From positions 32,001 through 96,000 of the forward strand of contig CAVYCN010000004.1 of the NCBI GenBank assembly GCA_963767005.1: a stretch of 64,000 bases of DNA, written 5' to 3'. A program made the position numbers and the translations under genes. The notes beneath the pieces are model-generated. The model was not told the origin of the DNA, did no database searches, and worked only from the letters and a program-made list of their open reading frames with translations. Shown piece by piece: positions 37,549 to 46,767 of the stretch; the first letter of the stretch is position 1, and each line of letters opens with the position of its first letter. This DNA comes from an uncultured Actinomycetes bacterium (GTDB lineage: Bacteria; Actinomycetota; Thermoleophilia; UBA2241).

Positions 37549-38858
37549 CGCGCCACCCCGCACCAGCGCATGGCCGTCACGGCGGCGGCGGCGCAGAAGT
37601 CGACGAGGGCGTCGATCGTCACGCACTCGTCGACCGCGTGGGCCGTGCCGATCCCGTCGGGGCCGAATGAGAAGCAGGGCGTGCCGGCCAGCGTGAAGCT
37701 GGCCGCGTCGTGCCACGAATCGAGGCCGGCGACGCGCCCCTCGCGACCCAGGCCGCGCGCCACTCCGAGCACGGTCTCGACGAGCGGATGGTCGCCCGGG
37801 ATCTCGGCCGGCACCACGTCCTCGCTCCACTCGAAACGCAGCGGGTGCTCGGCAAACCAGGGATCGGCGGCGACGGCCGCCCCCAGACGACGGGTGATCT
37901 CGTCCTCGACGCCGCTTCCCGTGCCCTGCGCGTCGACGTGCCCGGGCAGGTATGTGACGTCGCAAGTGAGCGCGCAGGCGTGCGGATAGGTGACCACCCA
38001 GGTGCCGCCGCCGATCACGACCGGGACGATGTCGCCCGGCGCGAGCAGCGGGTGGCGGTGGTCGGCGCGCGAGCGCCAGTCGTCGCGCAGGCCACGTATG
38101 CCGTCGAACACGAGCGCCATCTTCTCGATCGCGTTCACCGCGCCGCCGTCGCGCCAGTGCGGCTGCGGCATCTCGGCGTGACCGGCGCGGCCCTCGACCG
38201 TGATGGTGGGCGTGACCGTGCCGCGGCAGGCGACCCAGGCGTCGAAGTCAGTCGCCTCGGCGCACAGGCCGGCGTCGGCGGCCACGCCGTGGGCGACGGC
38301 CGCACGCCCGCCGGCGCCGCTCGACTCCTCGTCGGTCACGGTGCAGAAGACGACGTCGCCGGCCAGGCTCACCTGCGCCCGCCGCAGGCTCTCGAGAGCC
38401 ACGACCAGGGCGGCGATGCCGCCCTTCATGTCGTTGACGCCGCGGCCGTACAGGCGGCCGCCGCGCTCCGTCGCCACGAACGGGTCGCTCGACCACTGCT
38501 CGCGCGGCTCGACGTCGACGGCATCGATGTGGCCGTTCAGCAGCAGGCTGCGGCCGCCGCCGCGACCGGGTAAACGCGCGGCGAGCTGCGGGCGCCCGAC
38601 GAAGTCGAGGTCGTCGGGCACGAAGCGATCGCCCCTCCCGGTCGCCGCGGGCTCCCACAGGTCGGTCGCGGCGCCCAGGGCGGCGAGCCGCGCCGCCAGC
38701 ACCCCCTGCAGGGCGGCCTCGTCGCGAGCCGGTTCGCCGGGCAATCGCGCCGTCGTGTCGAAGGCGACGAGCTGTGCGACGAGGTCGCACAGCTCGTCGC
38801 GCCGCCCCCGCACCTCCGCGATGACCTGTTCTTCGAGCTCGCTGCTCCCCGCGTCCAC
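37545..38858 (-). CDS. ArgE/DapE-family M20 deacylase (paralog)
   Basis: NGHIDAV, GRGVNDMKGG, VTDEE, GRAGH, AHAVDE; start GTG 38858 inferred. Confidence 0.9.
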   Translation of the reverse strand: MDAGSSELEEQVIAEVRGRRDELCDLVAQLVAFDTTARLPGEPARDEAALQGVLAARLAALGAATDLWEPAATGRGDRFVPDDLDFVGRPQLAARLPGRGGGRSLLLNGHIDAVDVEPREQWSSDPFVATERGGRLYGRGVNDMKGGIAALVVALESLRRAQVSLAGDVVFCTVTDEESSGAGGRAAVAHGVAADAGLCAEATDFDAWVACRGTVTPTITVEGRAGHAEMPQPHWRDGGAVNAIEKMALVFDGIRGLRDDWRSRADHRHPLLAPGDIVPVVIGGGTWVVTYPHACALTCDVTYLPGHVDAQGTGSGVEDEITRRLGAAVAADPWFAEHPLRFEWSEDVVPAEIPGDHPLVETVLGVARGLGREGRVAGLDSWHDAASFTLAGTPCFSFGPDGIGTAHAVDECVTIDALVDFCAAAAVTAMRWCGVAR

Positions 38859-39062
38859 GATGCCTCGTTTCGCTCGTGAGCGGCGCGCGCCGGGCGCGTT
38901 CCTTTCCGCGCGACTGGCGCGCGCCGGTCGTTGCCGGCTGACCCGCAGACACGATTCTACGACGCGGCCGTCGCCACACGGGACGGCGTCCGCACCGTTG
39001 CGGCCCGGCGCGCCTGCGATAAGCTTGCCCCACCAGGCTCCCATGCCTCGAGGAGGTCGCCG

Positions 39063-39464
39063 ATGTCCGCCGACGAGCGGTCCAAGAGAATCCGCGTGAT
39101 CAGGCCCGCCGACGTGCGCTGGGAAGAGGCCATGGTGGGGCCCGAAGAGAAGGACCCGCCCGGCCGGGAGTGCGTCGCGGCGCAGTCCGGCGACGAGCGC
39201 TTCAGCTGCGGCCTGTGGCAGCGCGACGTGCAGGGCCGCTACTTCGAGCGCCCGTACCACGAGATCGCCTACATCCTCGAGGGCGAGGTCGAGGTGACCG
39301 ACGACGACGGCAACGTCGTCACGGCGCGCCCGGGCGACATCCTCATCACTCCCCAGGGCAGCAAGGGCTACTGGAAGAACCTGGGACCCGTGAAGAAGTT
39401 CTGGACGATCTACGACGACCCGGCCGCCGACCTCGAGGCGTACCTGGGGCCCGGGGAGTTCTGA
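39063..39464 (+). CDS. Cupin domain protein (EutQ/cupin_3-like)
   Basis: FSCGLW, YHEIAYILEGEVEV, PGDILITPQGSKGYW, VKKFW; AGGAGG RBS. Confidence 0.88.
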   Translation: MSADERSKRIRVIRPADVRWEEAMVGPEEKDPPGRECVAAQSGDERFSCGLWQRDVQGRYFERPYHEIAYILEGEVEVTDDDGNVVTARPGDILITPQGSKGYWKNLGPVKKFWTIYDDPAADLEAYLGPGEF

Positions 39465-39478
39465 GAGAGCGGGGCCCC

Positions 39479-40237
39479 GTGGCGTCTGAGGGCCCGCCCG
39501 TGAAGCCGCCGCTCGTGACGCCGGTCGGCCTGCCGCTGCCCGACGTCGCTCCCGCGCTGCCCGGCCGCACCGTCGTCCTGCGCCCGCCGCAGCCGGCCGA
39601 CGTGGGCGTGATCGGGCGGCTGGGCGTCGACCCGACGATCGAGCGCTTCTTCGGCGTCGAGGGGGTCGTGCGTCGCGGGCTCACGACGCACGAGGCGCGT
39701 GCCGCGCTCGCCCGCCTCACCGACCGCGAGAGCACGCAGGGCTGGGTGATCGAGCACCGGGAACGGCTCGTCGGCCTGGCGCGGCTCTTCGCGGTCGATC
39801 CCGACGAGCGTCACGCGCGGTACGCCATCACGCTGCTCTCGCGCGAGTGGCTCGGTCGCGGTCTCGGCACCGAGGCGACGCGGCTCGTGCTGACCTACGC
39901 CTTCGCCGTGCTCGGCCTGCACCGCGTCACCGCACGCGTGCTCGACTTCAACGCGCGGGCGCTCGCCTGCCTGCGGGCCTGCGGCTTCGTCGAGGAGGGC
40001 AGCGAGCGCGAGGCCGTGCCGTTCGAGGGGAGCTGGCACGACCTCGTCGTCATGGGGGTGCTCGATCGCGAGTTCGCCGCCTTCGCCGCGGCGCGGCCGG
40101 AGTGCGCCGTCCTGTCGCCGCTCTCCAGGGTGCTCCGCGCCGAGGTCTTTGCCGCCGCCGGCCGCCGCAAACCGGACCGCCGCGAGCCGGACCGCCGCGA
40201 GCCGGACCGCCGGCCGCAGCACGCGCCGCGCCCCTGA
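39479..40237 (+). CDS. GNAT acetyltransferase, RimJ/RimL-like
   Basis: WLGRGLGTEA..LVLTYAF..LGLHRV..V..FNARA..GFVEEG..RE; start 39479 or 39500. Confidence 0.82.
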   Translation: MASEGPPVKPPLVTPVGLPLPDVAPALPGRTVVLRPPQPADVGVIGRLGVDPTIERFFGVEGVVRRGLTTHEARAALARLTDRESTQGWVIEHRERLVGLARLFAVDPDERHARYAITLLSREWLGRGLGTEATRLVLTYAFAVLGLHRVTARVLDFNARALACLRACGFVEEGSEREAVPFEGSWHDLVVMGVLDREFAAFAAARPECAVLSPLSRVLRAEVFAAAGRRKPDRREPDRREPDRRPQHAPRP

Positions 40238-40292
40238 GGGGGCGAGGCGGTCGCGCCGCCGCGAGCCTCGGACCCGAAGCGGAGGCCGCGGC

Positions 40293-41831
40293 CTAGCCTC
40301 GCACCCTCACCTTGAAACGCCGCACGCCCACCCCGCCGTGGCGGTCGTAGACACGCACCGTCACGACGAAGACGCCGTCGCGGTGGAAGACGTGACCTAT
40401 CCGGAAGGCGCGCGACCGGACGGTGGGGCGACGGCTCTGCGTGCCGTCGCCCCACACGACCGTCGTCCGCCACGAATCGGCGCCGGGGTCTGTGAAGGCG
40501 ATCCGGCGCCTGAAGGCGATGCCGCGGCGGGCGACGCCACTGCGCTGCGCGGCGATGCGCGGCGGCACGTCGCGCACGGTCACGAGGAACCGGGCCGTGC
40601 CCGACGTGCCGCCGCTCACGCGCACCGTCACCGCGACCGCGTAGGTGCCGGCGACGGCGTAGCGGTGGGACAGGGCGAAGCCGTGGTCGGCCAGGGTCAG
40701 TGCCTGCGCGCCCGTCCCGTCGCCGTAGTCGACCGTAGCCGTCCAGGCGGCGTCGGCCGCGGTCTCGTCGACGAACGAGCCCGTGCGCGCGAAGGTCTGG
40801 CCCTCGCGCAGCGCGCCGTCGCCGCCCGCGTCGACGACGAGCGCCCCGGGCTCGAGGTAGCGGCTGTCGACGACCTCGAAGTCGCTGCCCTTGACCTGCG
40901 ACAGCTCGTGCAGGTCGTCGTCGCTCCAGCGGGGATCGGGGGCGCCGGACACGTACCAGTCCGAGCCGTTGTCGGCGACCATCATGCCGTAGGTCTTGAG
41001 GGCCTGCAGGATGACCTGCACATCGGGCGAGAAGCCTGAGATGTCGAAGTCCGCCTTGAGGCGTACACGCAGCCCCATGGGCGGCAGGTCGGGATCGGTC
41101 GAGTCGCTGGCGTAGTGGCGGGCGGGGTAGATGTAGGCGCGCTGCGTGCGGGCGACCGTGAAGCGCAGCGCGTGGTCGATCACCCCGTCTGTGACCGCTT
41201 CGTCGTAACGTACGAGGCCGGGCAGGATCGGCAGACCGGCGGCGTCGGCCGACGTCCAGCCGGCCGGGCGCAGGGCGTTCGTGCCGAGGTCGAACACCGC
41301 CCCAGAGCCCGCGTGCCAGCTGCCGTCGGCCTGCGGCCAGGCGTCGTAGAGCTCGTAGAGCATCTGGTGGTCCACGTCGAGCACCAGCACGTGACGGTCG
41401 CCGTCGCTCGACGCGCCGCCTTCGACGGGAGCGTCCGCAGGGATCGGATACGGACCCGGATCGCTCTCGTCGGCGTAGTCGAACGTCACCGGCACCTTCG
41501 CCTGCGTGCCCGACACGCAAACGTATGGGATGCCGTTGGGCGCCCCGTCCCAGACCGTGCCGAAGTCGGCGTGGAGGCCGGTGTCGAGGCCCATGCTGCC
41601 CAGGTAGGCGGCCGAGTCCGGGTCGACCGGCAGCGTGTCGACCGGCGTGTTCCAGGGGTTGTCGGTCGGGAACAGCGGGAACGGGATGGCCACGTTCGGG
41701 CCGAGCACGTCGGCGGCGACCGCGCGCGGCGCCCACGAGAGCAGGCCGGCGGTGAGCGGCACCACGGCGAGCAGCACGACGGCGAGCGTCGCCGCTCCGC
41801 CACTCGCGCGGGCCCCGCGCCACGCCCTCAC
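40293..41831 (-). CDS. Secreted protein: conserved uncharacterised domain plus two PKD/Ig-like repeats
   Basis: Signal peptide; FPTDNPWN, DESDPGPYPIP, DRH, WTSADAAGLPILPGLVRYDE, HALRFT, YGMMVADNG; two D..W.ATV.(Y/W)GDG...H.(Y/F)..G.(Y/F).V.V.V repeats. Confidence 0.75.
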   Translation of the reverse strand: MRAWRGARASGGAATLAVVLLAVVPLTAGLLSWAPRAVAADVLGPNVAIPFPLFPTDNPWNTPVDTLPVDPDSAAYLGSMGLDTGLHADFGTVWDGAPNGIPYVCVSGTQAKVPVTFDYADESDPGPYPIPADAPVEGGASSDGDRHVLVLDVDHQMLYELYDAWPQADGSWHAGSGAVFDLGTNALRPAGWTSADAAGLPILPGLVRYDEAVTDGVIDHALRFTVARTQRAYIYPARHYASDSTDPDLPPMGLRVRLKADFDISGFSPDVQVILQALKTYGMMVADNGSDWYVSGAPDPRWSDDDLHELSQVKGSDFEVVDSRYLEPGALVVDAGGDGALREGQTFARTGSFVDETAADAAWTATVDYGDGTGAQALTLADHGFALSHRYAVAGTYAVAVTVRVSGGTSGTARFLVTVRDVPPRIAAQRSGVARRGIAFRRRIAFTDPGADSWRTTVVWGDGTQSRRPTVRSRAFRIGHVFHRDGVFVVTVRVYDRHGGVGVRRFKVRVRG

Positions 41832-42061
41832 TGCCGACCTCCTCCTCCTCGCCGACGCCCTCGCCGCCGGTATCGGCCGGACCCCCGCCCCGGCTTACCG
41901 ACCGGCGTAGACCGTTCTGGCTATCAGCGCAGGCCGGTCTGGTCGTCCGCACGGCCGGACGGCGCGATCGTCCGCCGCCACTCCCCGTACGAAGGTCCCT
42001 TGAGGGAACCGGCCGCCGTGGTTGGAGTCGTGCCACCCGACGACGACGAAAGGAAGCCGAG

Positions 42062-42307
42062 ATGGCGACACGGCCGGATGCGCGAGAGGGCACGACGATC
42101 CCCGCGTCGCCGGGTGTGCGGACGGCCACGACGATCGCCGTCGCCGGCGACCGCATGGTCGACTGGCGCCTCGTGGGCGCCAGCGCGGCCAGCGCCGACC
42201 TCGACGTCGAGGGGGTCTGGCAGGCCGGCGCCACGTTCCAGCTCGTGCCGCAATCGCTCGGCGCCGACGTGACCGGCGGCCTGCTCGAGCTGGTCGCCGC
42301 CGGCTGA
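42062..42307 (+). CDS. Small hypothetical protein or gene remnant (81 aa)
   Basis: AAAGGAAG before ATG, high GC3 in the 3' two-thirds. Confidence 0.4.
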   Translation: MATRPDAREGTTIPASPGVRTATTIAVAGDRMVDWRLVGASAASADLDVEGVWQAGATFQLVPQSLGADVTGGLLELVAAG

Positions 42308-42357
42308 GGCGCGCCCGACTCGCAGCCGCGGGGCCGATCCGTTGTAGCATCGCCGCC

Positions 42358-43602
42358 ATGAGCGACGAACCGACGCGCGCGACGACACTCGGCCGGCGCC
42401 TGCGGGCCCTGCCGGCGAACGTCGTGGCGCTGGGCGTGGTCAGCCTCGTGGCCGACCTGAGCACCGAGATGATCTACCCGGTGTTCCCGGGCTTCGTGAC
42501 GAAGACCCTGGGTGCGTCGGCGGCCACGCTCGGCCTGATCGAGGGCACCGCCGAGGCCACGGCCAGCGTCAGCCGGTACCCCTTCGGCCGGCTCTCCGAC
42601 GCCCGTGGGCGGCGGCGGCGCTTCGTGCTGGGCGGTTACGGCCTGGCGGCGCTCGGCAAGCTCGTGCTCGCGCTCGCCTTCGTGTGGCCGGTCGCGCTCG
42701 GCGGCCGTTTTCTCGACCGCCTCGGCAAGGGCATGCGCACGGCGCCGCGCGACGCGCTGCTCGCGGCCGACGTCCGCGACGCCGACCGCGGCCTCGCGTT
42801 CGGCCTGCACCGCACCATGGACACGGCCGGCGCCGTCGTCGGTCCCCTGGCCACGCTGCTGCTGCTCCACCTCGGGGTGTCGCTGCGCTGGGTCTTCGCC
42901 CTGGCGGTCGTGCCCGGCGTCCTGAGCGTGCTCGTCATCTGGCGGAGCGTGCGCGAGCGAGCGGCGGGCGGCCCGCTCGCGGCGGGCGCGGCGCCGGCCG
43001 CCGCGCCCACCCGGCGACGCCTCGTCTCGTTGCCCTCGTCGCGGCGCTTCCGGCGCCTGCTCCTGGCCTCGCTCGTCTTTGCCGTCGGCAACTCGAGCAA
43101 CGCCTTCATCCTGCTCGAGGCGGGGCGCGTCGGTTTCAGCCCCGACACCGGCGTCATCCTCGTCTACGTGCTCTACAACCTGACCTACGCCGCCGGTTCG
43201 CTGCCCCTCGGCGACCTGTCCGACCGCATCGGCCAGCTCCCCGTGGTGGCCGGCGGCTTCGTCGTGTTCGCCGCCGTGTACGCCGGCCTCGCCGTGGCGC
43301 ACAGCATGGTCGCGGTCGCCCTGCTCTTCGCCGTCTACGGCCTCTACATCGCCGCGACCGAGGGCACCACCAAGGCGCTCATCAGCCGCACGGCGCCCGA
43401 GGCCGAGCGCGCCTCGGCCATGGGCTTCTTCGACACGACGGTCGGCATCGCCGGCTTCGCGGCGAGCGCGATCGGCGGGACGCTCTGGGTCGCGCTCGGG
43501 CCGTGGGCGACCTTCGCCTTCGGCGCGGCCACGGCGGTCGCCGCGGCCGCCCTGCTGTTCGCCTTCTCACGAGGGTTAGACACGCGCCCGCAGAACGTCT
43601 GA
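42358..43602 (+). CDS. MFS transporter
   Basis: SLVADLSTEMIYP, GRLSD..GRR, DRLGKGMRTAPRDALL, AFGLHRTMD, GDLSDRIG. Confidence 0.93.
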   Translation: MSDEPTRATTLGRRLRALPANVVALGVVSLVADLSTEMIYPVFPGFVTKTLGASAATLGLIEGTAEATASVSRYPFGRLSDARGRRRRFVLGGYGLAALGKLVLALAFVWPVALGGRFLDRLGKGMRTAPRDALLAADVRDADRGLAFGLHRTMDTAGAVVGPLATLLLLHLGVSLRWVFALAVVPGVLSVLVIWRSVRERAAGGPLAAGAAPAAAPTRRRLVSLPSSRRFRRLLLASLVFAVGNSSNAFILLEAGRVGFSPDTGVILVYVLYNLTYAAGSLPLGDLSDRIGQLPVVAGGFVVFAAVYAGLAVAHSMVAVALLFAVYGLYIAATEGTTKALISRTAPEAERASAMGFFDTTVGIAGFAASAIGGTLWVALGPWATFAFGAATAVAAAALLFAFSRGLDTRPQNV

Positions 43603-43723
43603 GGCGATACGAACGACACCGGGTCGGGGCGCCGGTGACCGGCGTCGTCTCCGTCCCGTCGCGACGGCGCCGCCGCCACGACGGGGCCTGGGACCCGCGG
43701 ACGACGACCAAGGAGAGGCCGCC

Positions 43724-44968
43724 ATGGGATCGATCGTGACCGGACAGCGCCGCGGTGCACGCCGGGCGGTAGCGAGTCTCGGGGCCGTCACCCTCGTGCT
43801 GGCGCTCGGCCTCACGGCCGCCCTGACCGCCTGCGGCGGCGGCAATCCCACGCCCGCGGCGACGGTGACCGTCACGGCCAGCGCGTCGCCGAGCACCTCG
43901 TCGGCAGCCACCTCACCCAGCGCCGCGCCGAGCATCAAGGCCCAGCTCGTGGTCGCCGTCGCGAGCGGCGCCAAGGCGAGCGGCATCAGCGTCGTGAACG
44001 GCAGCGGCGTCGTGAAGCAGCTCATCGCCCCCAGCGGCGGCCCTGTCAGCGATCTTGCCTGGTCGCCCGACGGCACGCGCCTTGCCTTCTTGCGCGCCGC
44101 GAGCGAAAGCGACTCGGCGAGCAGCCTCTTCGTCTACGACACGCGCACCGCGACCGTGAGCCAGGTGCCGGTCGGAGTCTCGCCGGCGACCATCGGCAGC
44201 TACGCCTGGGTGAGCGCGGCGCGCCTCATCGCGGCGTACTTTCCGGCCGGGGCGAAGACTTATCGCGTGAACGGCAAGCTCTGGCTGCGCGACGTGGCCA
44301 AGGGCGTGGGCTGGCCGGCCAAGGACGCCGGCGGCCACCTGGTGAAGGGCTCCAGCGTCTCGGCGTCCGCCGACGGCACGCGCGTGGCCTACGTCAGCTA
44401 CGGGACACCGACCAGCGCCACCATTCCCGAGAAGCTCCACGTCCTCGACACCGGCACCCTCACCGTGTCGACGGTGACGACAGGGCAGGCGCCGGGTGGC
44501 ATCGATGGCGATCAGCTCACCTGGCCGGTGATCTCGCCCGACGGCTCGATGATCGCCACCGAGCAGACCGGCAGCGACATCGGCTTCGGTCTGACCGTCT
44601 ACGCGCTCGACGGCACCAAGCGGTTCCAGGCGAGTGGCCTGGTCTGGCCGGCGCAGCCGGCCTGGACGAGCCAGGGTCAGCGCCTCGCCTTCGGCGGCGC
44701 CCTCGGCGCGACCGGCGGTGAGATCGACTCGCTCAACGTCTGGACGCCCGGTGCGAGCGCCGCGCAGGCCGTCGTGACCGGCCTCAAGCGTCCCGTGACC
44801 GGCGTGGCCTGGACGCCAAAGGCCTCGCAGATCGCCTATGCCGTGAGCGATGCGACCGGCCTGCAGAGCGTCCTGTGGATCGCGACCGCCGGCGGCGCGA
44901 ACCGCCACGTCCTGATCGCTCACGGCAACTCGCCGGCCTGGGCGATCGCCCCGATCGCCTTCCCCTGA
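43724..44968 (+). CDS. Lipoprotein with TolB/PD40-like beta-propeller
   Basis: Lipobox LTAC, Ser/Thr/Pro linker, AWSPDG, SADG, ISPDG, AWT repeats; AAGGAG RBS. Confidence 0.8.
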   Translation: MGSIVTGQRRGARRAVASLGAVTLVLALGLTAALTACGGGNPTPAATVTVTASASPSTSSAATSPSAAPSIKAQLVVAVASGAKASGISVVNGSGVVKQLIAPSGGPVSDLAWSPDGTRLAFLRAASESDSASSLFVYDTRTATVSQVPVGVSPATIGSYAWVSAARLIAAYFPAGAKTYRVNGKLWLRDVAKGVGWPAKDAGGHLVKGSSVSASADGTRVAYVSYGTPTSATIPEKLHVLDTGTLTVSTVTTGQAPGGIDGDQLTWPVISPDGSMIATEQTGSDIGFGLTVYALDGTKRFQASGLVWPAQPAWTSQGQRLAFGGALGATGGEIDSLNVWTPGASAAQAVVTGLKRPVTGVAWTPKASQIAYAVSDATGLQSVLWIATAGGANRHVLIAHGNSPAWAIAPIAFP

Positions 44969-44976
44969 TACGCGAG

Positions 44977-45017
44977 AGAGGCGGGCGGGCGGCTCGAGCA
45001 GCCGCCCGCCCGCCTCT
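44977..45017. terminator. 18-bp-arm hairpin after the lipoprotein gene
   Basis: agaggcgggcgggcggct-cgagc-agccgcccgcccgcctct. Confidence 0.8.
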
Positions 45018-45066
45018 TGTGAAATAACGGACAAGTATTGCCCGCTTTCTGGCGCGCCTTTACACT
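45017..45066 (+). promoter_or_regulatory. hdr-flx promoter: candidate Rex operator plus -35/-10
   Basis: TTGTGAAATAACGGACAA (45017-34); TTGCCC (45038-43), 17 nt, TACACT (45061-66); AT-rich patch. Confidence 0.65.
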
Positions 45067-45136
45067 ACGAACATAGCTCTTACTTCGCGACGATACAGGC
45101 CGGCCGCACGATCGGCACCCCGGGCCACCCCGCGCG

Positions 45137-45811
45137 GTGCACCCGCGACGAGAGGCAGACGCCACGACCACGCCGCTCACCTCGACCCCGACTTCTCCGG
45201 CGAGACCCACGCCGGCCGGCCGGCCGGCCTCTCCGGAGCCCCTGGCCGCCTACGTCCGCCGCACGGCCGGGACCGACGTGGCGCGCTGCTACCAGTGCGG
45301 CAAGTGCTCGGCCGGCTGCCCGATGGGCCCGGAGATGGCGCTGCCGCCGCATGCGATCATGCGTCTCACGCTCGCCGACGACCGCGCCCGCCTGTTCGCC
45401 GACGACTCGCTCTGGCTGTGTCTCACCTGCGAGACCTGCAGCGCGCGCTGCCCCAAGGACGTCGACCCGGCGCGCGTGATCGACGCGCTGCGCGAGCTCG
45501 CGGCCGTCGAGGGCGCGGCGCACGCCCCGCGCGCGGTGCACGCCTTCCACCAGTCGTTCCTCGAGCAGATCCGCACGAACGGCCGCCTGTCCGAGGTGGG
45601 CCTCGTCATGCAGTACAAGCTGCGCGGCGGCGGGCTGCTGCAGGACGTCACGACCGCGCCGGCGATGCTGCGCCGCGGCAAGCTGCCGCTGCGCCCCCAG
45701 CGCATCGCCGGCGTGGCCGACGTGCGGCGCCTCATGGCGGCCTGCAAGCGGGAGCGCGCCCACAGCGCCCACTGCGCCGACTGGCCGGCCGACGGCGGAG
45801 GGCCGGCGTGA
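45137..45811 (+). CDS. hdrC: Heterodisulfide reductase subunit C
   Basis: CYQCGKCSAGCP, LWLCLTCETCSARCP, FLEQIRTNGRLSE; start uncertain. Confidence 0.9.
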   Translation: MHPRREADATTTPLTSTPTSPARPTPAGRPASPEPLAAYVRRTAGTDVARCYQCGKCSAGCPMGPEMALPPHAIMRLTLADDRARLFADDSLWLCLTCETCSARCPKDVDPARVIDALRELAAVEGAAHAPRAVHAFHQSFLEQIRTNGRLSEVGLVMQYKLRGGGLLQDVTTAPAMLRRGKLPLRPQRIAGVADVRRLMAACKRERAHSAHCADWPADGGGPA

Positions 45812-46767
45812 GCCTCGCCTACTACCCCGGCTGCTCCATGCACGGCACCTCGCGCGAGTACGAGGAGAGCCTGCTGGCCGTGGCGGTCGCGCTCGACGTC
45901 GAGCTCGACGAGCTCGACGACTGGAGCTGCTGCGGGGCCAGCTCGGCGCACGCCGCCGACCACCTGCTGGGCGTCGCCCTGCCGGCTCGCAACCTGGCCC
46001 TCGCCGAGGCCCAGGGTGCCGACCGCGTCCTCGCGCCCTGCGCCGCCTGCTACAACCGCCTGTCGGGCGCGGCCCATGCGGTCGCCGCCGAGCCCGGCAT
46101 GGCGCCCAGGGTACGCGACGTGCTCGAGCGGCCGTTCGCGAACACCGTCAAGGTGGTCAGCATCGTGGAGCTGCTCCAGGGCCTCGCGCCGGCCATCGAG
46201 GAGCGCGTCGCGGCACGCCTCGAACCCAACCCGCTCGCGCACCTGAGCGTGGCCGCCTACTGGGGCTGCCTGCTGGTGCGGCCGGCCGACGCGACCGGCT
46301 TCGACGACACGGAGCGGCCGGTCGGCATGGACGAGGTGGTCGCCGCCTGCGGCGCCCGCCCGGCGCGCTGGAACATGGCGGTCGAGTGCTGCGGCGGGGC
46401 CTTCTCGATCGCGCGCACGAGCTCGGTCCTGCGCCTGAGCCGGGCCATCATCGACGACGCCCGGCGCTGCGGCGCCGACGCCATCGTCGCGGCCTGCCCG
46501 CTCTGTCACGCCAACCTCGATTTTCGCCAGAGCGCGATGAGCCTGAAGGGCGCCCCACCGATGCCCGTGCTCTACATCACTCAGCTCGTCGGCCTCGCCC
46601 TGGGGCTGCCGCTCGACCTGCTCGGCTTCGAGCGCCACTTCGTCGACACCCAGCCGCTCCTCGCGCGCCTGGCCGGCGACGCGCGGCGGGCGGCCGCTGA
46701 GGCCGCCGCACGCGAGGCGGCCCGGGCGGCGAAGGCCGCCGCCGGCACGACCGGAGCCGCGACGTGA
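45808..46767 (+). CDS. hdrB: Heterodisulfide reductase subunit B
   Basis: YYPGCS, DWSCCGA, PCAAC, YWGCLL, ECCGG, ACPLCHANLD, PVLYITQLVGLALG. Confidence 0.93.
   Translation: MSLAYYPGCSMHGTSREYEESLLAVAVALDVELDELDDWSCCGASSAHAADHLLGVALPARNLALAEAQGADRVLAPCAACYNRLSGAAHAVAAEPGMAPRVRDVLERPFANTVKVVSIVELLQGLAPAIEERVAARLEPNPLAHLSVAAYWGCLLVRPADATGFDDTERPVGMDEVVAACGARPARWNMAVECCGGAFSIARTSSVLRLSRAIIDDARRCGADAIVAACPLCHANLDFRQSAMSLKGAPPMPVLYITQLVGLALGLPLDLLGFERHFVDTQPLLARLAGDARRAAAEAAAREAARAAKAAAGTTGAAT

Noticed and set aside
40172-40212. 15-bp tandem repeat encoding PDRRE at the GNAT C-terminus
   Set aside because: Real, but looks like slippage in a disordered tail; no functional evidence.
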